This document shows, one piece after another, positions 30,089-40,897 of a stretch of 64,000 nt of DNA. The DNA is from Candidatus Gottesmanbacteria bacterium RIFCSPLOWO2_01_FULL_43_11b (GTDB taxonomy: Bacteria > Patescibacteriota > Microgenomatia > UBA10105 > UBA927). The position numbers were made by a program, and so were the translations under genes. The notes under the pieces were generated by a model that had not been told where the DNA came from, did no database searches, and saw nothing but the letters and a program-made list of their open reading frames with translations. The stretch is taken from positions 629,466 through 693,465 of the forward strand of contig MFJV01000001.1 of assembly GCA_001780985.1 (NCBI GenBank), read 5' to 3'. How positions within the stretch are numbered: position 1 is the stretch's first letter; every line of letters starts with the position of its first letter.

Positions 30089-30427
30089 ATGCAAATCGTA
30101 AAGAAGAATCAAGCAAATCAAGTCAATGCCTCTTTCTCTACAGCAATTTATGAATATCTCATGGACAATGAGGACATAAGTGGTGCTATTGCAGATATAA
30201 ACGGGAGATATCCGGAAAAAGGATTTGTGAGAAACGAAGTGTTTAAAGAGTTGGTGTATGTGCTTTCTGGAACAGGGAAAGTAGAAGTAGACGGAAAAGA
30301 ATTTCGATTCTCTCAAGGAGATACTCTCCTTATCCTTCCGGGCGAAAAGTACTTCTGGGAAGGAAATTTTCGTATATTTATGGCCACCGCACCCAAATTT
30401 GATCCAAATCGCCATAAAATAATATGA
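30089..30427 (+). CDS. Cupin-2 domain protein
   Basis: GTGKVEVDGKEFRFSQGDTLLILPGEKYFWEG is a cupin beta-barrel motif; 112 aa. Confidence 0.55.
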   Translation: MQIVKKNQANQVNASFSTAIYEYLMDNEDISGAIADINGRYPEKGFVRNEVFKELVYVLSGTGKVEVDGKEFRFSQGDTLLILPGEKYFWEGNFRIFMATAPKFDPNRHKII

Positions 30428-31386
30428 AATTATGGCTTGATAGACCGGATATCAAAGGGTCATTAAAAGACTTTCTTCGATTGGTTACAGAAGAATTTCA
30501 ACTAGGAACAATTCAAAAGTTTTCGAGATTCCCGATTGGTTATCAAGAGTTAAACATCAAACTGCATACATCGCAGGGAATCTTCGTCGTCAAAATTTTC
30601 TCCAGGGAAAAATCTTTATCCCGCGTGAAGGAAAATGTCGAAGGCTATATTGAATTTGCAAAACTTGGTGTTCCGACACCGAAACTTCGAGTGACTAAAG
30701 ATAATGAATATATTTTCCTTACAAAAGGAAAAACTCAAGAAGTCTACACCTGTGTCATGGAATTTTTTAAGGGTAAATCATTCCTTAAACTTCCGATTAA
30801 AAATCAAGATATTATGACAATTAGCCGCTTTATGGCACTCATGCATCGATCAGCACTTAAGCCTGCGCATTATAACGACACGTTGGGGATTGTAAATTTT
30901 AAAGACGTGTTCGATAAACAAGAAAATATATTGCCACAAGATGAAAGAAAAGAAATGAGACAAATTCTTGAAGAGTTCCAGGTAATTAATTTTTCAAAAT
31001 TTCATCACAGCGTTATTCATGGAACACTCGAACGAGAGAATGTTTTGAAGGATATGCATGGAAATTACTGTGTTCTCGATTTGGGGTGCATGGACTATAA
31101 TGCTTCTGTTATTGATACAGCGACATTTCTGGCAAATTTTACGATTGACATGGGTTTAGAAGAAACTGTGTTAGCTATTAAGGATGTAGTTGAAGAATAT
31201 AAAAAGTTTCATTATTTTTCTAGAGAGGAACAAAGAGTGTTGCCTGTTTTAGTCAAAACACAATACGCTATTCTGGTTATCGGAATGACGCATGCCATCA
31301 AAGCCGAGAATGATACGAGCAGGCAAACAAGAAATTGGTTAGAATTTGGTAAAGCCGGGTTAAAAAAATTTCAAAAGATACGTTAA
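30424..31386 (+). CDS. Aminoglycoside phosphotransferase / choline kinase-like (protein-kinase-like fold) protein with atypical catalytic loop
   Basis: VVKIF (beta3 Lys), HGTLERENVL in place of HGDxxxxN, and DLG metal-binding motif VLDLGCMDY. Overlaps neighbours by 4 nt. Confidence 0.5.
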   Translation: MKLWLDRPDIKGSLKDFLRLVTEEFQLGTIQKFSRFPIGYQELNIKLHTSQGIFVVKIFSREKSLSRVKENVEGYIEFAKLGVPTPKLRVTKDNEYIFLTKGKTQEVYTCVMEFFKGKSFLKLPIKNQDIMTISRFMALMHRSALKPAHYNDTLGIVNFKDVFDKQENILPQDERKEMRQILEEFQVINFSKFHHSVIHGTLERENVLKDMHGNYCVLDLGCMDYNASVIDTATFLANFTIDMGLEETVLAIKDVVEEYKKFHYFSREEQRVLPVLVKTQYAILVIGMTHAIKAENDTSRQTRNWLEFGKAGLKKFQKIR

Positions 31387-31389
31387 TTT

Positions 31390-31998
31390 TTGATATACTC
31401 TCAAACCATGTTGCCCTCATATTTCGTAATTGCTGCAGTTATTATTGGATCGGTAGGCGGCTTGTGGTATCTCATTAGTACGATCAGAGGGAATGTCAAA
31501 CCGAATCGCGTTTCGTTTCTTCTCTGGTCAATTCCTCCGCTCATTGCCTTTGCAGCTGAAATTCAAAAGGGAGTAGGGATACAGTCGCTTATGACATTCA
31601 TTGTCGGATTTATTCCACTCATGATATTTTTAGCATCCTTTGTAAATAAAAAAGCAGAATGGAAATTAACGAAATTTGATTTTTTGTGCGGCGCATTTTC
31701 CTTACTTGGTCTTATTCTTTGGTTTGTAACAAAAGAAGGAAATATCGCAATTTTACTAAGCATAGCAGCAGATGGCTTGGCTGCGGTGCCCACGATAGTG
31801 AAAGCCTATCGTTATCCCGAAACAGAAATTGCCTGGCCGTGGCTCGCTGACTCAATAAATGGCTTGCTCACCCTTCTAACAGTTACAGATTGGACACTCG
31901 CGTATTACGGTTTTCCTTTATATGTTTTCTTCGCCAATCTTATTATTTATGTCTTTTCTCAGTTTAACATTGGGAAAAAGTTTGCTGCTTATGTCTAA
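31390..31998 (+). CDS. Hypothetical integral membrane protein (about 6 TM)
   Basis: 202 aa, hydrophobic throughout, no motif recognised. Confidence 0.4.
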   Translation: MIYSQTMLPSYFVIAAVIIGSVGGLWYLISTIRGNVKPNRVSFLLWSIPPLIAFAAEIQKGVGIQSLMTFIVGFIPLMIFLASFVNKKAEWKLTKFDFLCGAFSLLGLILWFVTKEGNIAILLSIAADGLAAVPTIVKAYRYPETEIAWPWLADSINGLLTLLTVTDWTLAYYGFPLYVFFANLIIYVFSQFNIGKKFAAYV

Positions 31999-32317
31999 TA
32001 TAATTCTCGTTTATATAACCTGCGAAGACAGAGAGGAGGCGGAGAGGATTGGGAGAGAGCTTCTCAAAAAGCGACTGGTGGCATGTGTCAACATTATTAA
32101 TAATGTTCACTCGATGTATCTATGGCCGCCTAAGAAGGGAAGAATTGAAGAAGCAAATGAGGTAATACTCCTTTGTAAGACGCTTGAGTCAAAATGGAAG
32201 AAAGTCGAAAAAGAAGTTACTAAAATTCACTCCTACTCAACCCCCGAAATCGCTGCAATTCCTTTTATACACATGAATAAAAAATATTCCGATTGGCTCA
32301 AAGAAGAACTTATTTAA
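31994..32317 (+). CDS. cutA: CutA1 divalent-cation tolerance protein
   Basis: ILVYITCEDREEAERIGRELLKKRLVACVNIINNVHSMYLWPPKKGRIEEANEVILLCKT is the CutA1 family core. Confidence 0.65.
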   Translation, partial: SNIILVYITCEDREEAERIGRELLKKRLVACVNIINNVHSMYLWPPKKGRIEEANEVILLCKTLESKWKKVEKEVTKIHSYSTPEIAAIPFIHMNKKYSDWLKEELI

Positions 32318-32578
32318 TCCCCCTCGTAACGACAAATCTGCCTCCATTTGCTACAATAAGCCTCCGTTATGCCAGAATCACCTGAAAGCAGACCGATGAC
32401 ATTTGGCGGAAAGACTATAGAAGTTAAGAAAGGTACGCGATTACACATTTTGGCTCACGGAGTATGTATATGAACAATAGGAAAAGTTACAACAATAAAT
32501 CCACTAAGTCTTATTTGTGAAATATGCAACAACAAGAGAGTCATTTATGATCCGAATCTTGCTCCTCCGGAACCACCC

Positions 32579-32606
32579 TTGACAAGGGGTAAAAGCGCGG
32601 TATAAT
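32579..32606 (+). promoter_or_regulatory. Sigma70-like promoter for the rpoB operon
   Basis: TTGACA (32579-84), 16-nt spacer, TATAAT (32601-06). Confidence 0.45.
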
Positions 32607-32632
32607 GGGTAGTAATTGAATAGCCAACAAAG

Positions 32633-32663
32633 GCGAACGTTCATTGTTCGCTTGTTTTTGTTG
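32633..32663 (+). terminator. Hairpin plus T-rich tract in rpoB 5' leader (possible attenuator)
   Basis: GCGAAC gttcatt GTTCGC followed by TTGTTTTTGTTG, between the predicted TSS and the rpoB ATG (32687). Confidence 0.3.
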
Positions 32664-32686
32664 TTCACTAATTGAACTAATATCTG

Positions 32687-35600
32687 ATGGCAAAAGACGA
32701 TATCTCTCCCAAACGGCAGTACTGGGGTAAGGAGTATACGAATCTTCCACCCCTCGATCTTACCCTGGTACAGCGGGAATCGTACCAGTGGTTTTTGGAA
32801 ACCGGCATTCGTGAGCTTCTCAATGAAGTTTCTCCTATTTCAGACTTTACGGGCAAAAACTGGGAACTGTCATTTTTTGACTACTACTTCAGTCGTCCAA
32901 GATTGACACCTGCTCTTGCCAAGGAAAAAGGTTTGACCTACGACATGCCTCTTAAGGTGACAACCACGCTTACCAATAAACAGTCCGGTCACCGCATGAC
33001 ACAAGAGGTATTTTTAGGTGACATTCCGGCACAGACCCAGAACGGAACGTTTATTATTAACGGCATTGAGCGATGCGTCGTCAATCAAATTGTCCGCTCG
33101 CCAGGTATCTACTTTACAGGTTCTGTCGATCCTGTAACAGGAAGAACGCTGTATGGCGCTGAAATTCGACCAATGCACGGAAGTTGGCTGGAATTTATTG
33201 CCACACGAAATGATGTTTTGATGGTGCGGATTGACAGACGACGCAAGTTTGTTGCCTCAACACTCCTTCGTGCATTGGGCATAAGTACTAACGAAGAAAT
33301 TAAAAAGCAGTTTGCTGACGTTGAAACTCCAGACCACCGCTACATTGACGCAACCCTCGAAAAAGACCCTACCACAAATCAAACAGAAGCTGTCCTCGAA
33401 CTTTACAGAAAGCTTAGACCAGGAGAACCGATTGTTCTTGATAATGCTCAGGAACTTTTACGAACGATGTTTTTTGACTACAGACGGTACAGCATTGAGC
33501 GAGTCGGTCGGTATAAAATGAATAAAAAACTCGGACTTAACGTTGCCAATAATAGAGAGCACTGGGTATTGACGAAAGACGACGTTATAGGAGCGATAAA
33601 ATACCTTATCAGTTTAGGTAACGGAAAAGGTGATCTTGATGACATTGATCATCTAGGAAACCGTAGGGTTCGAAGAGTGGGCGAGTTGGTTGCAACGAGT
33701 GCATTTCGTGTCGGTCTTCTCCGACTCGAGCGATCAGTCCGTGAAAAAATGAGTCTTGCAGGTCCAGCGGCTGAAGATTTGACGCCGACACAGCTGGTTA
33801 ATGCCCGACCAATCATTGCAGCAATCAATGATTTTTTCCGAACAAGCCAACTTTCAACTATATTGGATCAAACCAATCCTTTGGCAGAAACAGATAATCT
33901 TAGAAGGCTCACTGTCATGGGTGTCGGCGGCATTTCCCGTGAGCGCGCGAGCTTTTCCATTCGTGACATTAACTCCAGTCAATACGGGAGAATTTGTCCT
34001 GTTCGAAGCCCGGAAGGACCTAATATAGGACTCGTTACCTACATGTCACTCTATGCTCGGGTCAATCAATATGGTTTTTTGGAAACACCATACCGAAAAG
34101 TGGAAAAAACAAGTCGTGGCGGAAAACCCGTCATGCGGGTTACCAATGAAATCGTATATCTGGATGCAAGCGACGAACAGCACCACTATATTACAGAGGC
34201 AGGGATAAATCTTGATGAAGCAGGAAATATTACAAGCGAGCGCGTACCGGTTCGATTTAAAGGTGACTTTCTCGAGACAGATGCGACGAATGTTGAGTAT
34301 ATAGACATGGTGCCGCGGCAAGTTGTGGGGGTTCCGGCAAGTCTTATTCCCTTTATTGCTCACGATGAGGCAAACCGTGCACTGATGGGTACACACATGC
34401 AGTGTCAAGCTGTACCTCTCTTGAGTCCCGAATCTCCCATTGTTGGGACAGGCATGGAGTCTTCCATTGCATCGACGATGGGAAGAGTCATACGCGTAAA
34501 AGAAGACGGAGTGGTTCAATTTGCAGATGCATCGACGGTTGTTTTCAAGGGAGAGAGCGGTGATGAAGATTCGTATGAAGTGGATAAATTTGAACGCACA
34601 GCACAGTCGACCTGTTATAACCAACGCGTGGTGGTATCGACCGGCCAGAAAGTTAGTAAAGGATCAATTCTCATTGATGGACCGGCAAGTTTGGATGGAG
34701 AGTTAGCTCTTGGAGCAAACCTCGTCATTGCGTACATGAGCTTTGACGGTTTGGGATACGAGGACGCCATTGTTATCTCCGATCGGTTGGTCAAAGAAGA
34801 TGTTTTGAGTTCCATTCACATCGAGGAATATGAGTGTAGTGTTGTTGATACAAAATTAGGCCCCGAAGAAACCACCCGGGATATTCCTAATGTTGGAGAA
34901 GAGGCGCTTCGTAACCTCGATGAAAACGGTATTGTTGTCGTCGGTGCACAGGTGCGTCAAAACGATATTTTAGTTGGAAAAATTGCTCCGAAAGGAGAAA
35001 CAGAACTCACTGCAGAAGAGCGACTTCTTCGGGCAATATTCGGTGAAAAAGCAAGAGAAGTACGTGATACGAGTTTACGCGTCCCTCATGGCGAGCGCGG
35101 GACGGTTATTGACGTAAAAATTCTTGATAAAGAAAAAGGCGATGAACTTGAACCGGGAACGAATAGAAAAATAGTAGTCAAAGTTGCGCAAATGCGTAAA
35201 GTTGTTGCGGGTGATAAACTCGCCGGCCGTCATGGCAACAAAGGAGTCATCAGTAAAATAGTTCCTGCTGCTGACATGCCGTATCTTTCTGACGGGACGA
35301 TTGTTGATATTATTATTTCTCCGCTTTCCGTACTTTCCCGTATGAATCTTGGGCAACTTCTGGAATCGCTTCTTGGGTTAGCGTCGAAAAATCTCAAAGT
35401 TAAAACAGCGCTCCCGGTATTTGAGCACGTTCCCGAAAAAAGAATTGTTTCCCTCCTCTCAGACGCTCATCTTCCCGCAGACGGAAAAGCAATGCTCTTT
35501 GATGGACGATCGGGAAGTCCATATGAGGAACCAGTTGTTGTAGGTATTGGGTACATTATGAAGCTTATCCACATGGTGGAAGACAAAACACACGCTCGTT

Positions 35601-36013
35601 CTACCGGACCATACTCACTCGTTACACAGCAACCGCTTGGAGGAAAAGCACAAATGGGAGGACAACGTTTGGGAGAAATGGAAGTGTGGGCGTTGGAAGC
35701 GCATCGGGCTGCTCATATTTTGCAGGAAATGTTGACGATTAAATCAGACGACGTTGTCGGACGCGCAAAAGCATTCGAGGCAATCGTAAAGGGCACTGAT
35801 ATTCCTCAGTCAACGGTTCCTGAATCATTTAAAGTGCTGGTCAAGGAACTCCAGGCATTGGGACTTTCCGTTGTTCCCACAGGAGTTGTTACTGTCGCTC
35901 CCCCTCCCCCAAGCGCACAGGTTGTACAAGGGGAAGATGACATTAAAAAGAAAGCTGAAGAACTCGCAGCAGCAAGTGGTCAAGTAGTGAAATCGGAAGA
36001 AAAAGCCAATTAA
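32687..36013 (+). CDS. rpoB: DNA-directed RNA polymerase subunit beta
   Basis: 1108 aa with conserved rpoB blocks throughout, for example [40 protein letters not shown]. Confidence 0.95.
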   Translation: MAKDDISPKRQYWGKEYTNLPPLDLTLVQRESYQWFLETGIRELLNEVSPISDFTGKNWELSFFDYYFSRPRLTPALAKEKGLTYDMPLKVTTTLTNKQSGHRMTQEVFLGDIPAQTQNGTFIINGIERCVVNQIVRSPGIYFTGSVDPVTGRTLYGAEIRPMHGSWLEFIATRNDVLMVRIDRRRKFVASTLLRALGISTNEEIKKQFADVETPDHRYIDATLEKDPTTNQTEAVLELYRKLRPGEPIVLDNAQELLRTMFFDYRRYSIERVGRYKMNKKLGLNVANNREHWVLTKDDVIGAIKYLISLGNGKGDLDDIDHLGNRRVRRVGELVATSAFRVGLLRLERSVREKMSLAGPAAEDLTPTQLVNARPIIAAINDFFRTSQLSTILDQTNPLAETDNLRRLTVMGVGGISRERASFSIRDINSSQYGRICPVRSPEGPNIGLVTYMSLYARVNQYGFLETPYRKVEKTSRGGKPVMRVTNEIVYLDASDEQHHYITEAGINLDEAGNITSERVPVRFKGDFLETDATNVEYIDMVPRQVVGVPASLIPFIAHDEANRALMGTHMQCQAVPLLSPESPIVGTGMESSIASTMGRVIRVKEDGVVQFADASTVVFKGESGDEDSYEVDKFERTAQSTCYNQRVVVSTGQKVSKGSILIDGPASLDGELALGANLVIAYMSFDGLGYEDAIVISDRLVKEDVLSSIHIEEYECSVVDTKLGPEETTRDIPNVGEEALRNLDENGIVVVGAQVRQNDILVGKIAPKGETELTAEERLLRAIFGEKAREVRDTSLRVPHGERGTVIDVKILDKEKGDELEPGTNRKIVVKVAQMRKVVAGDKLAGRHGNKGVISKIVPAADMPYLSDGTIVDIIISPLSVLSRMNLGQLLESLLGLASKNLKVKTALPVFEHVPEKRIVSLLSDAHLPADGKAMLFDGRSGSPYEEPVVVGIGYIMKLIHMVEDKTHARSTGPYSLVTQQPLGGKAQMGGQRLGEMEVWALEAHRAAHILQEMLTIKSDDVVGRAKAFEAIVKGTDIPQSTVPESFKVLVKELQALGLSVVPTGVVTVAPPPPSAQVVQGEDDIKKKAEELAAASGQVVKSEEKAN

Positions 36014-36024
36014 TATATATTTAT

Positions 36025-39000
36025 ATGGATAAAAAAGGAAATTTTGCAAACATAGTCGATTTTTCAGGTCTTAAAATTACCCTCGCTTCGCCCGAAGAGG
36101 TTAAGGTGTGGTCGTTTGGTGAGGTAACCAAGCCGGAAACGATTAATTACAGAACGCTTAAACCGGAAAAAGACGGGCTTTTCGATGAACGGATTTTTGG
36201 ACCGACGAAGGATTGGGAGTGTTACTGCGGAAAATACAAAAGGATCAGATATCGTGGTATCGTCTGTGATAAATGTGGCGTAGAAGTGACACAAAGCAAA
36301 GTTCGCCGTGAGCGGATGGGACATATTTCCCTTGCAACCCCCGTTGCTCATGTGTGGTTTTTCAAGGGTGCGCCGTCGAAGATTTCTCTCATGCTCGATA
36401 TGAGTCCACGCTCTCTTGAGGAAGTAATTTACTTTTCTCAATACCTTGTCACCAATGTCGATGAAGTGAAAAAGAAAGCAGTGTTAGCTGAGATTGCCAA
36501 CGAGGGAAAGCGAAGAGTCGGGGAACTTGAAGAGCGGACCAAGGGAGAGAAAGAAACGAGACAGAAGCAAACGAAAGACGAGGTTGCCGATGTCAGAAGT
36601 CGTGTGAAAGGGCCGGAAGCACAGGAGCTTGCTATTTCAGAAATTACTCTCAAAGAGCGACAACAACTTCGCGAGATCGATAAAGAAACAGATCAAGAGA
36701 GAGAAAAAATTACTGAAATTATTGACTCTCTCCTCACCATTGTCAAAGGGATTCGACCTCTTTCGACCATTACCGAAGATGAGTACCTTAGGCTTCTTGA
36801 TTACAACGCCACCTCATGTTTCTCCGTGGGTATGGGAGCAGAGGCTTTGGTTGACGTCATTAAAAATATTGACCTTGATAAAGTTGCCGCAACTCTTCGG
36901 GAAGAAATTCAAAACTCTACGGGACAGCGACACATCAAAGCAACGAAACGACTTCGTGTGGTCGACGGAATGCGAAAAGCAGGTATCAACCCTTCATGGA
37001 TGATATTGAAAATGTTACCGGTAATACCTCCGGATTTGCGTCCAATGGTGCAGCTCACCGGCGGCCGGTTTGCAACCAGCGACTTAAATGATCTCTATCG
37101 AAGAGTCATAAATCGCAACAACAGATTAAAGCATCTCATGGACTTGGGTGCTCCGGAGATAATTCTGCGGAACGAAAAGAGGATGCTTCAAGAAGCAGTC
37201 GACAGTCTCATTGATGCAACGCAACGTCCCAGCTCTCGGGCAGTCATTGCACCACTTCGTTCACTTTCAGACATGCTTCGCGGCAAACAAGGCCGATTCC
37301 GTCAAAACTTATTGGGGAAGCGTGTTGACTACTCGGGTCGATCCGTTATTGTTGTCGGTCCGGAGCTCAAACTTACTCAATGCGGACTGCCGAAAGAAAT
37401 GGCCTTGGAAATGTTTAAACCGTTTGTGCTTCGTGAGCTCATTGTTCGTGGCATTGCTCCCAACGTGAAGAATGCCAAAAATGTTTTGGAGCGGAGAACG
37501 CCGGAGGTATTCGACATTCTTGAGGAAATTACGAAAAACCATCCGGTTCTTCTCAATCGTGCTCCCACACTTCATAAGTTAGGTATTCAAGCATTTTTCC
37601 CGATACTTATTGAAGGGTCTGCGATCCGTATTCATCCGTGTGTCTGTGCCGGATACAACGCTGATTTTGATGGAGATCAGATGGCAGTCCATATTCCGCT
37701 TTCAGAAAAAGCACAGCAAGAAGCGATACACTTGATGCTACCGACACACAATCTTCTTAAACCTGCTGACGCATCGCCGATTACAGTGCCAAACAAGGAA
37801 ATGGTTCTTGGTTGCTACTATCTCACTACCATTGAAAAAGAAACAAGCAAGTCTCCACGTAAATTAATATTTAGTGATAACCATGAAGCAATCTATGCAT
37901 ATCAGGTGGGACAACTATCTCTTCGAGTGCCCATCGAGGTTTCAATTGATGGCAAGCGCATAACGACATCAGTCGGAAGAATTCTCTTTAATGAAATTCT
38001 TCCTGCCGAGCTTCAGTTCATGAATACCTCAGTAAACGCCGCAATGGTCAAATCGATTATCACCAAAGCTCTTTCTCACTACAGCAAAGAAGAGGTAACA
38101 AGATTGATTGACGCGATAAAAGATATTGGATTTTTCGGGGCAACTATTTCAGGAGGATTGTCTGTTTCTGTATTTGACTGTGAAATGATTCCTCAAAAAG
38201 CGAGCATCATTAACGAAGCGAGCGATAAAGTTAAAGAGGTGGATAGAAACTATCAACAAGGACTTATCACACTGGAAGAGAAGAAACGATTGTCCAATGA
38301 AATTTGGATTGAGGTAACAGAACGAATTGCTGATTTAACCTGGCAGCACATGCCGGAAGATAATCCAGTCAAAATGATTATTGACTCCGGTGGGGCGCGG
38401 GCATCAAAAGATCAACTGAAACAGCTTTCTGCAATAAAAGGTTTGGTTGTTGACCCGTTGGGTAAGATCGTTGAGCTTCCGACCAAGAGCAATTATAGAG
38501 AAGGACTTTCTATTTTTGAATACGTTACGTCTACCCGAGGGTCACGTAAAGGGCTTACTGACTCTGCTCTCAAAACTGCCGATGCAGGGTACCTTACCCG
38601 AAGGTTAGTTGATGTTGCTCATGATGCCATTATCCGCATCAGTGATTGCGGAACGAGTGAGGGGTGGGAAATTCGAAAGAGCGAGAAGAGGCAAGCCCAG
38701 TTTGCCATCCGTATCATCGGTCGCTTTGCTGCATCTGACATTGTGGCACCGCAAAGTTCGAAGGTTTTAATTAAGAAAGGTGAGGAAATTACCCGCGAAA
38801 ACGTCAAACTTATTGAAGAGCACGGTGTTGAAAGTGCCGTGGTTCGATCGCCGCTTACCTGTGGCGCAAAAGTTGGGATCTGTGCTACCTGCTACGGAAG
38901 AGACTTTGCGACAAGTGAGCTTGTTGAAATTGGCACACCCGTTGGTGTGATCGCAGCGCAATCCATAGGGGAGCCCGGAACGCAGCTTACCATGCGGGTA

Positions 39001-39741
39001 CGCCACGCAGGAGGTATTGTTGGATTAGACGTTACTCAAGGACTTCCGCGCGTAGAAGAACTCTTCGAGGCGCGAACCCCCCGGATTCTTTCGCCTATTT
39101 CGGAAGTAGCGGGAAAAGTAGAAATCATTGAAACGGAGCAAGGACATAAAGTGCGTGTCAGAAATACAGCACTCAAACCGCCAGAAGAACGAGAATATAT
39201 CATTCCGATAACCAGTGAAGTGCGCGTGAAAGAGGGAGGTCTTGTTGCAGCCGGAGATCAGCTTGCCACCGGCTATTTAGACCTCAAAGAAGTACTCCAA
39301 GTCAAGGGATTATCCGGTGCACAGCAATATTTGATTGCAGAGATTCAGCGCGTTTATGAATCGCAGGGTATTCAGATTTCTGATAAGCATTTTGAAGTTA
39401 TCGTACGCAAAATGAGTGACAAAGCCCGTGTGGATACAAGTGGTGATACGATGCTTCTTCCCGGGGAACTGGTCAGTCACAGCCGATTCCAGGAAGAAAA
39501 TGCACGGGTACTTTCAGAGGGTGGAGAACCGGCGACAGGACAAATTATTGTGCTTGGTATTACCCGGGCAGCGCTTTATACAGAAAGCTGGCTCTCTGCC
39601 GCATCTTTCCAGGAGACAACGAATGTATTAACAGATGCAGCGCTTGCTGGCAAGGAAGATCATTTGCTGGGGCTTAAAGAAAACGTTATAATTGGCCGAC
39701 TTATTCCAGTTTCTGCTGAAAGAGCGCAGATTGCAAGTTAA
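36025..39741 (+). CDS. rpoC: DNA-directed RNA polymerase subunit beta'
   Basis: 1238 aa; Zn finger [20 protein letters not shown]; [12 protein letters not shown] catalytic motif. Confidence 0.95.
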   Translation: MDKKGNFANIVDFSGLKITLASPEEVKVWSFGEVTKPETINYRTLKPEKDGLFDERIFGPTKDWECYCGKYKRIRYRGIVCDKCGVEVTQSKVRRERMGHISLATPVAHVWFFKGAPSKISLMLDMSPRSLEEVIYFSQYLVTNVDEVKKKAVLAEIANEGKRRVGELEERTKGEKETRQKQTKDEVADVRSRVKGPEAQELAISEITLKERQQLREIDKETDQEREKITEIIDSLLTIVKGIRPLSTITEDEYLRLLDYNATSCFSVGMGAEALVDVIKNIDLDKVAATLREEIQNSTGQRHIKATKRLRVVDGMRKAGINPSWMILKMLPVIPPDLRPMVQLTGGRFATSDLNDLYRRVINRNNRLKHLMDLGAPEIILRNEKRMLQEAVDSLIDATQRPSSRAVIAPLRSLSDMLRGKQGRFRQNLLGKRVDYSGRSVIVVGPELKLTQCGLPKEMALEMFKPFVLRELIVRGIAPNVKNAKNVLERRTPEVFDILEEITKNHPVLLNRAPTLHKLGIQAFFPILIEGSAIRIHPCVCAGYNADFDGDQMAVHIPLSEKAQQEAIHLMLPTHNLLKPADASPITVPNKEMVLGCYYLTTIEKETSKSPRKLIFSDNHEAIYAYQVGQLSLRVPIEVSIDGKRITTSVGRILFNEILPAELQFMNTSVNAAMVKSIITKALSHYSKEEVTRLIDAIKDIGFFGATISGGLSVSVFDCEMIPQKASIINEASDKVKEVDRNYQQGLITLEEKKRLSNEIWIEVTERIADLTWQHMPEDNPVKMIIDSGGARASKDQLKQLSAIKGLVVDPLGKIVELPTKSNYREGLSIFEYVTSTRGSRKGLTDSALKTADAGYLTRRLVDVAHDAIIRISDCGTSEGWEIRKSEKRQAQFAIRIIGRFAASDIVAPQSSKVLIKKGEEITRENVKLIEEHGVESAVVRSPLTCGAKVGICATCYGRDFATSELVEIGTPVGVIAAQSIGEPGTQLTMRVRHAGGIVGLDVTQGLPRVEELFEARTPRILSPISEVAGKVEIIETEQGHKVRVRNTALKPPEEREYIIPITSEVRVKEGGLVAAGDQLATGYLDLKEVLQVKGLSGAQQYLIAEIQRVYESQGIQISDKHFEVIVRKMSDKARVDTSGDTMLLPGELVSHSRFQEENARVLSEGGEPATGQIIVLGITRAALYTESWLSAASFQETTNVLTDAALAGKEDHLLGLKENVIIGRLIPVSAERAQIAS

Positions 39742-39747
39742 GTATAT

Positions 39748-40185
39748 ATGCCTACTATTAATCAATTGATCCGAAGGGGTCGAAGATCAAAAAGCAAAAA
39801 AATAAAAGCCACTGCACTGAGGAAATTTTTTAATGCAAAAGACAGGCAAATGAAACAGTTGCCAGCCCCGTTTAAACGGGGAGTTGTTACGCTCGTTAAA
39901 ACAATGACACCCAAAAAACCAAACTCGGCACTCCGTAAAGTTGCCCGTGTTAGGTTATCCAATAAACAAGAAGTGACAGCCTACATTCCCGGTATCGGGC
40001 ATGAACTTACCGAACACGCAATTGTACTTGTACGTGGCGGAAGAGTACCGGATTTACCTGGAGTCAAATACCATATTGTTCGGGGTAAATACGATATGTC
40101 CGGAGTTGCCAACAGGAAACAGGGAAGAAGCCGCTATGGAAGTAAAGCAGGAGCTTCAGGTCCTGCTGTTGCCGCCGCAAGTTAA
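39748..40185 (+). CDS. rpsL: 30S ribosomal protein S12
   Basis: [13 protein letters not shown]...[11 protein letters not shown]. Confidence 0.9.
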   Translation: MPTINQLIRRGRRSKSKKIKATALRKFFNAKDRQMKQLPAPFKRGVVTLVKTMTPKKPNSALRKVARVRLSNKQEVTAYIPGIGHELTEHAIVLVRGGRVPDLPGVKYHIVRGKYDMSGVANRKQGRSRYGSKAGASGPAVAAAS

Positions 40186-40192
40186 TACACCT

Positions 40193-40666
40193 ATGAGAGC
40201 AAAACGCGTTACTAAAAAAATTCTTGCCCCCGACCCGGTACATGGGAACCGGCTTGTGACAAGACTGGTTAATCGGGTTATGCAGCGCGGTAAAAAGAGT
40301 ACGGCAGAAAAAATAATATATAAAGCATTAGACATCGTAAAGGCAAAAGGTGAAGATCCGATAAAAGTATTTGAAACTGCCGTTGCCAATGTCGGACCGA
40401 AAATGGAAGTACGCCCAAGACGTGTGGGAGGAGCTTCGTATCAAGTTCCTTCAGAAGTTCGGGGAGACAGACGCATTTCACTGGCACTTCGTTGGATTGT
40501 TCAATACGCTCAAAAACGCTCCAGTAAAGAGTACAAAGGATATGCTGAAAAATTGGCAGCAGAACTTACCGATGCTGCAGCAGGAGCGGGGGAATCAATT
40601 AAAAAACGCGATACAGTTCATCGTATGGCAGAAGCCAACCGCGCCTTCGCCCACTTCAAGTGGTAA
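40193..40666 (+). CDS. rpsG: 30S ribosomal protein S7
   Basis: MRAKRVTKKILAPDPVHGNRLVTRLVNRVMQRGKKSTAEKI...; start chosen at MRAK after the rpsL stop. Confidence 0.9.
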   Translation: MRAKRVTKKILAPDPVHGNRLVTRLVNRVMQRGKKSTAEKIIYKALDIVKAKGEDPIKVFETAVANVGPKMEVRPRRVGGASYQVPSEVRGDRRISLALRWIVQYAQKRSSKEYKGYAEKLAAELTDAAAGAGESIKKRDTVHRMAEANRAFAHFKW

Positions 40667-40668
40667 AT

Positions 40669-40836
40669 ATGGTTGCAGCTCAAGAAAAGAAAGTGCATTT
40701 AATTTCCTGTCCATATGGCTGCGGCGCTCAATTTCCAATAGATAAAAAAAGTTTAGATGATCACATTAAAATTTGCCCCAAAGCTCCAAAAACCGGAGAA
40801 ACGCGTTCACCTCAAGTTTCCAAACGAAAGACCTAA
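40669..40836 (+). CDS. Putative small zinc-finger protein (55 aa) immediately downstream of rpsG
   Basis: MVAAQEKKVHLISCPYGCGAQFPIDKKSLDDHIKICPKAPKTGETRSPQVSKRKT: CxxxC...HxxxC spacing. ATG lies 2 nt after the rpsG stop. Below the 60-aa cutoff of the ORF track. Confidence 0.3.
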   Translation: MVAAQEKKVHLISCPYGCGAQFPIDKKSLDDHIKICPKAPKTGETRSPQVSKRKT

Positions 40837-40897
40837 ACGGCATGGGAAATGCGCGGGTTTTCCCAAAACGCTTATATCAGCATGTTACCATGTTAAT

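Noticed and set aside
32369-32473. 34-aa ORF (MPESPESRPMTFGGKTIEVKKGTRLHILAHGVCI) in the CutA-rpoB intergenic region
   Set aside because: No RBS or motif support. Too short to call without conservation data.
33312-39631. Numerous 60-190-aa ORFs on both strands within rpoB, rpoC, groEL, fusA and tuf
   Set aside because: They are embedded in or antisense to long, well-conserved genes. Judged to be spurious frame artefacts.
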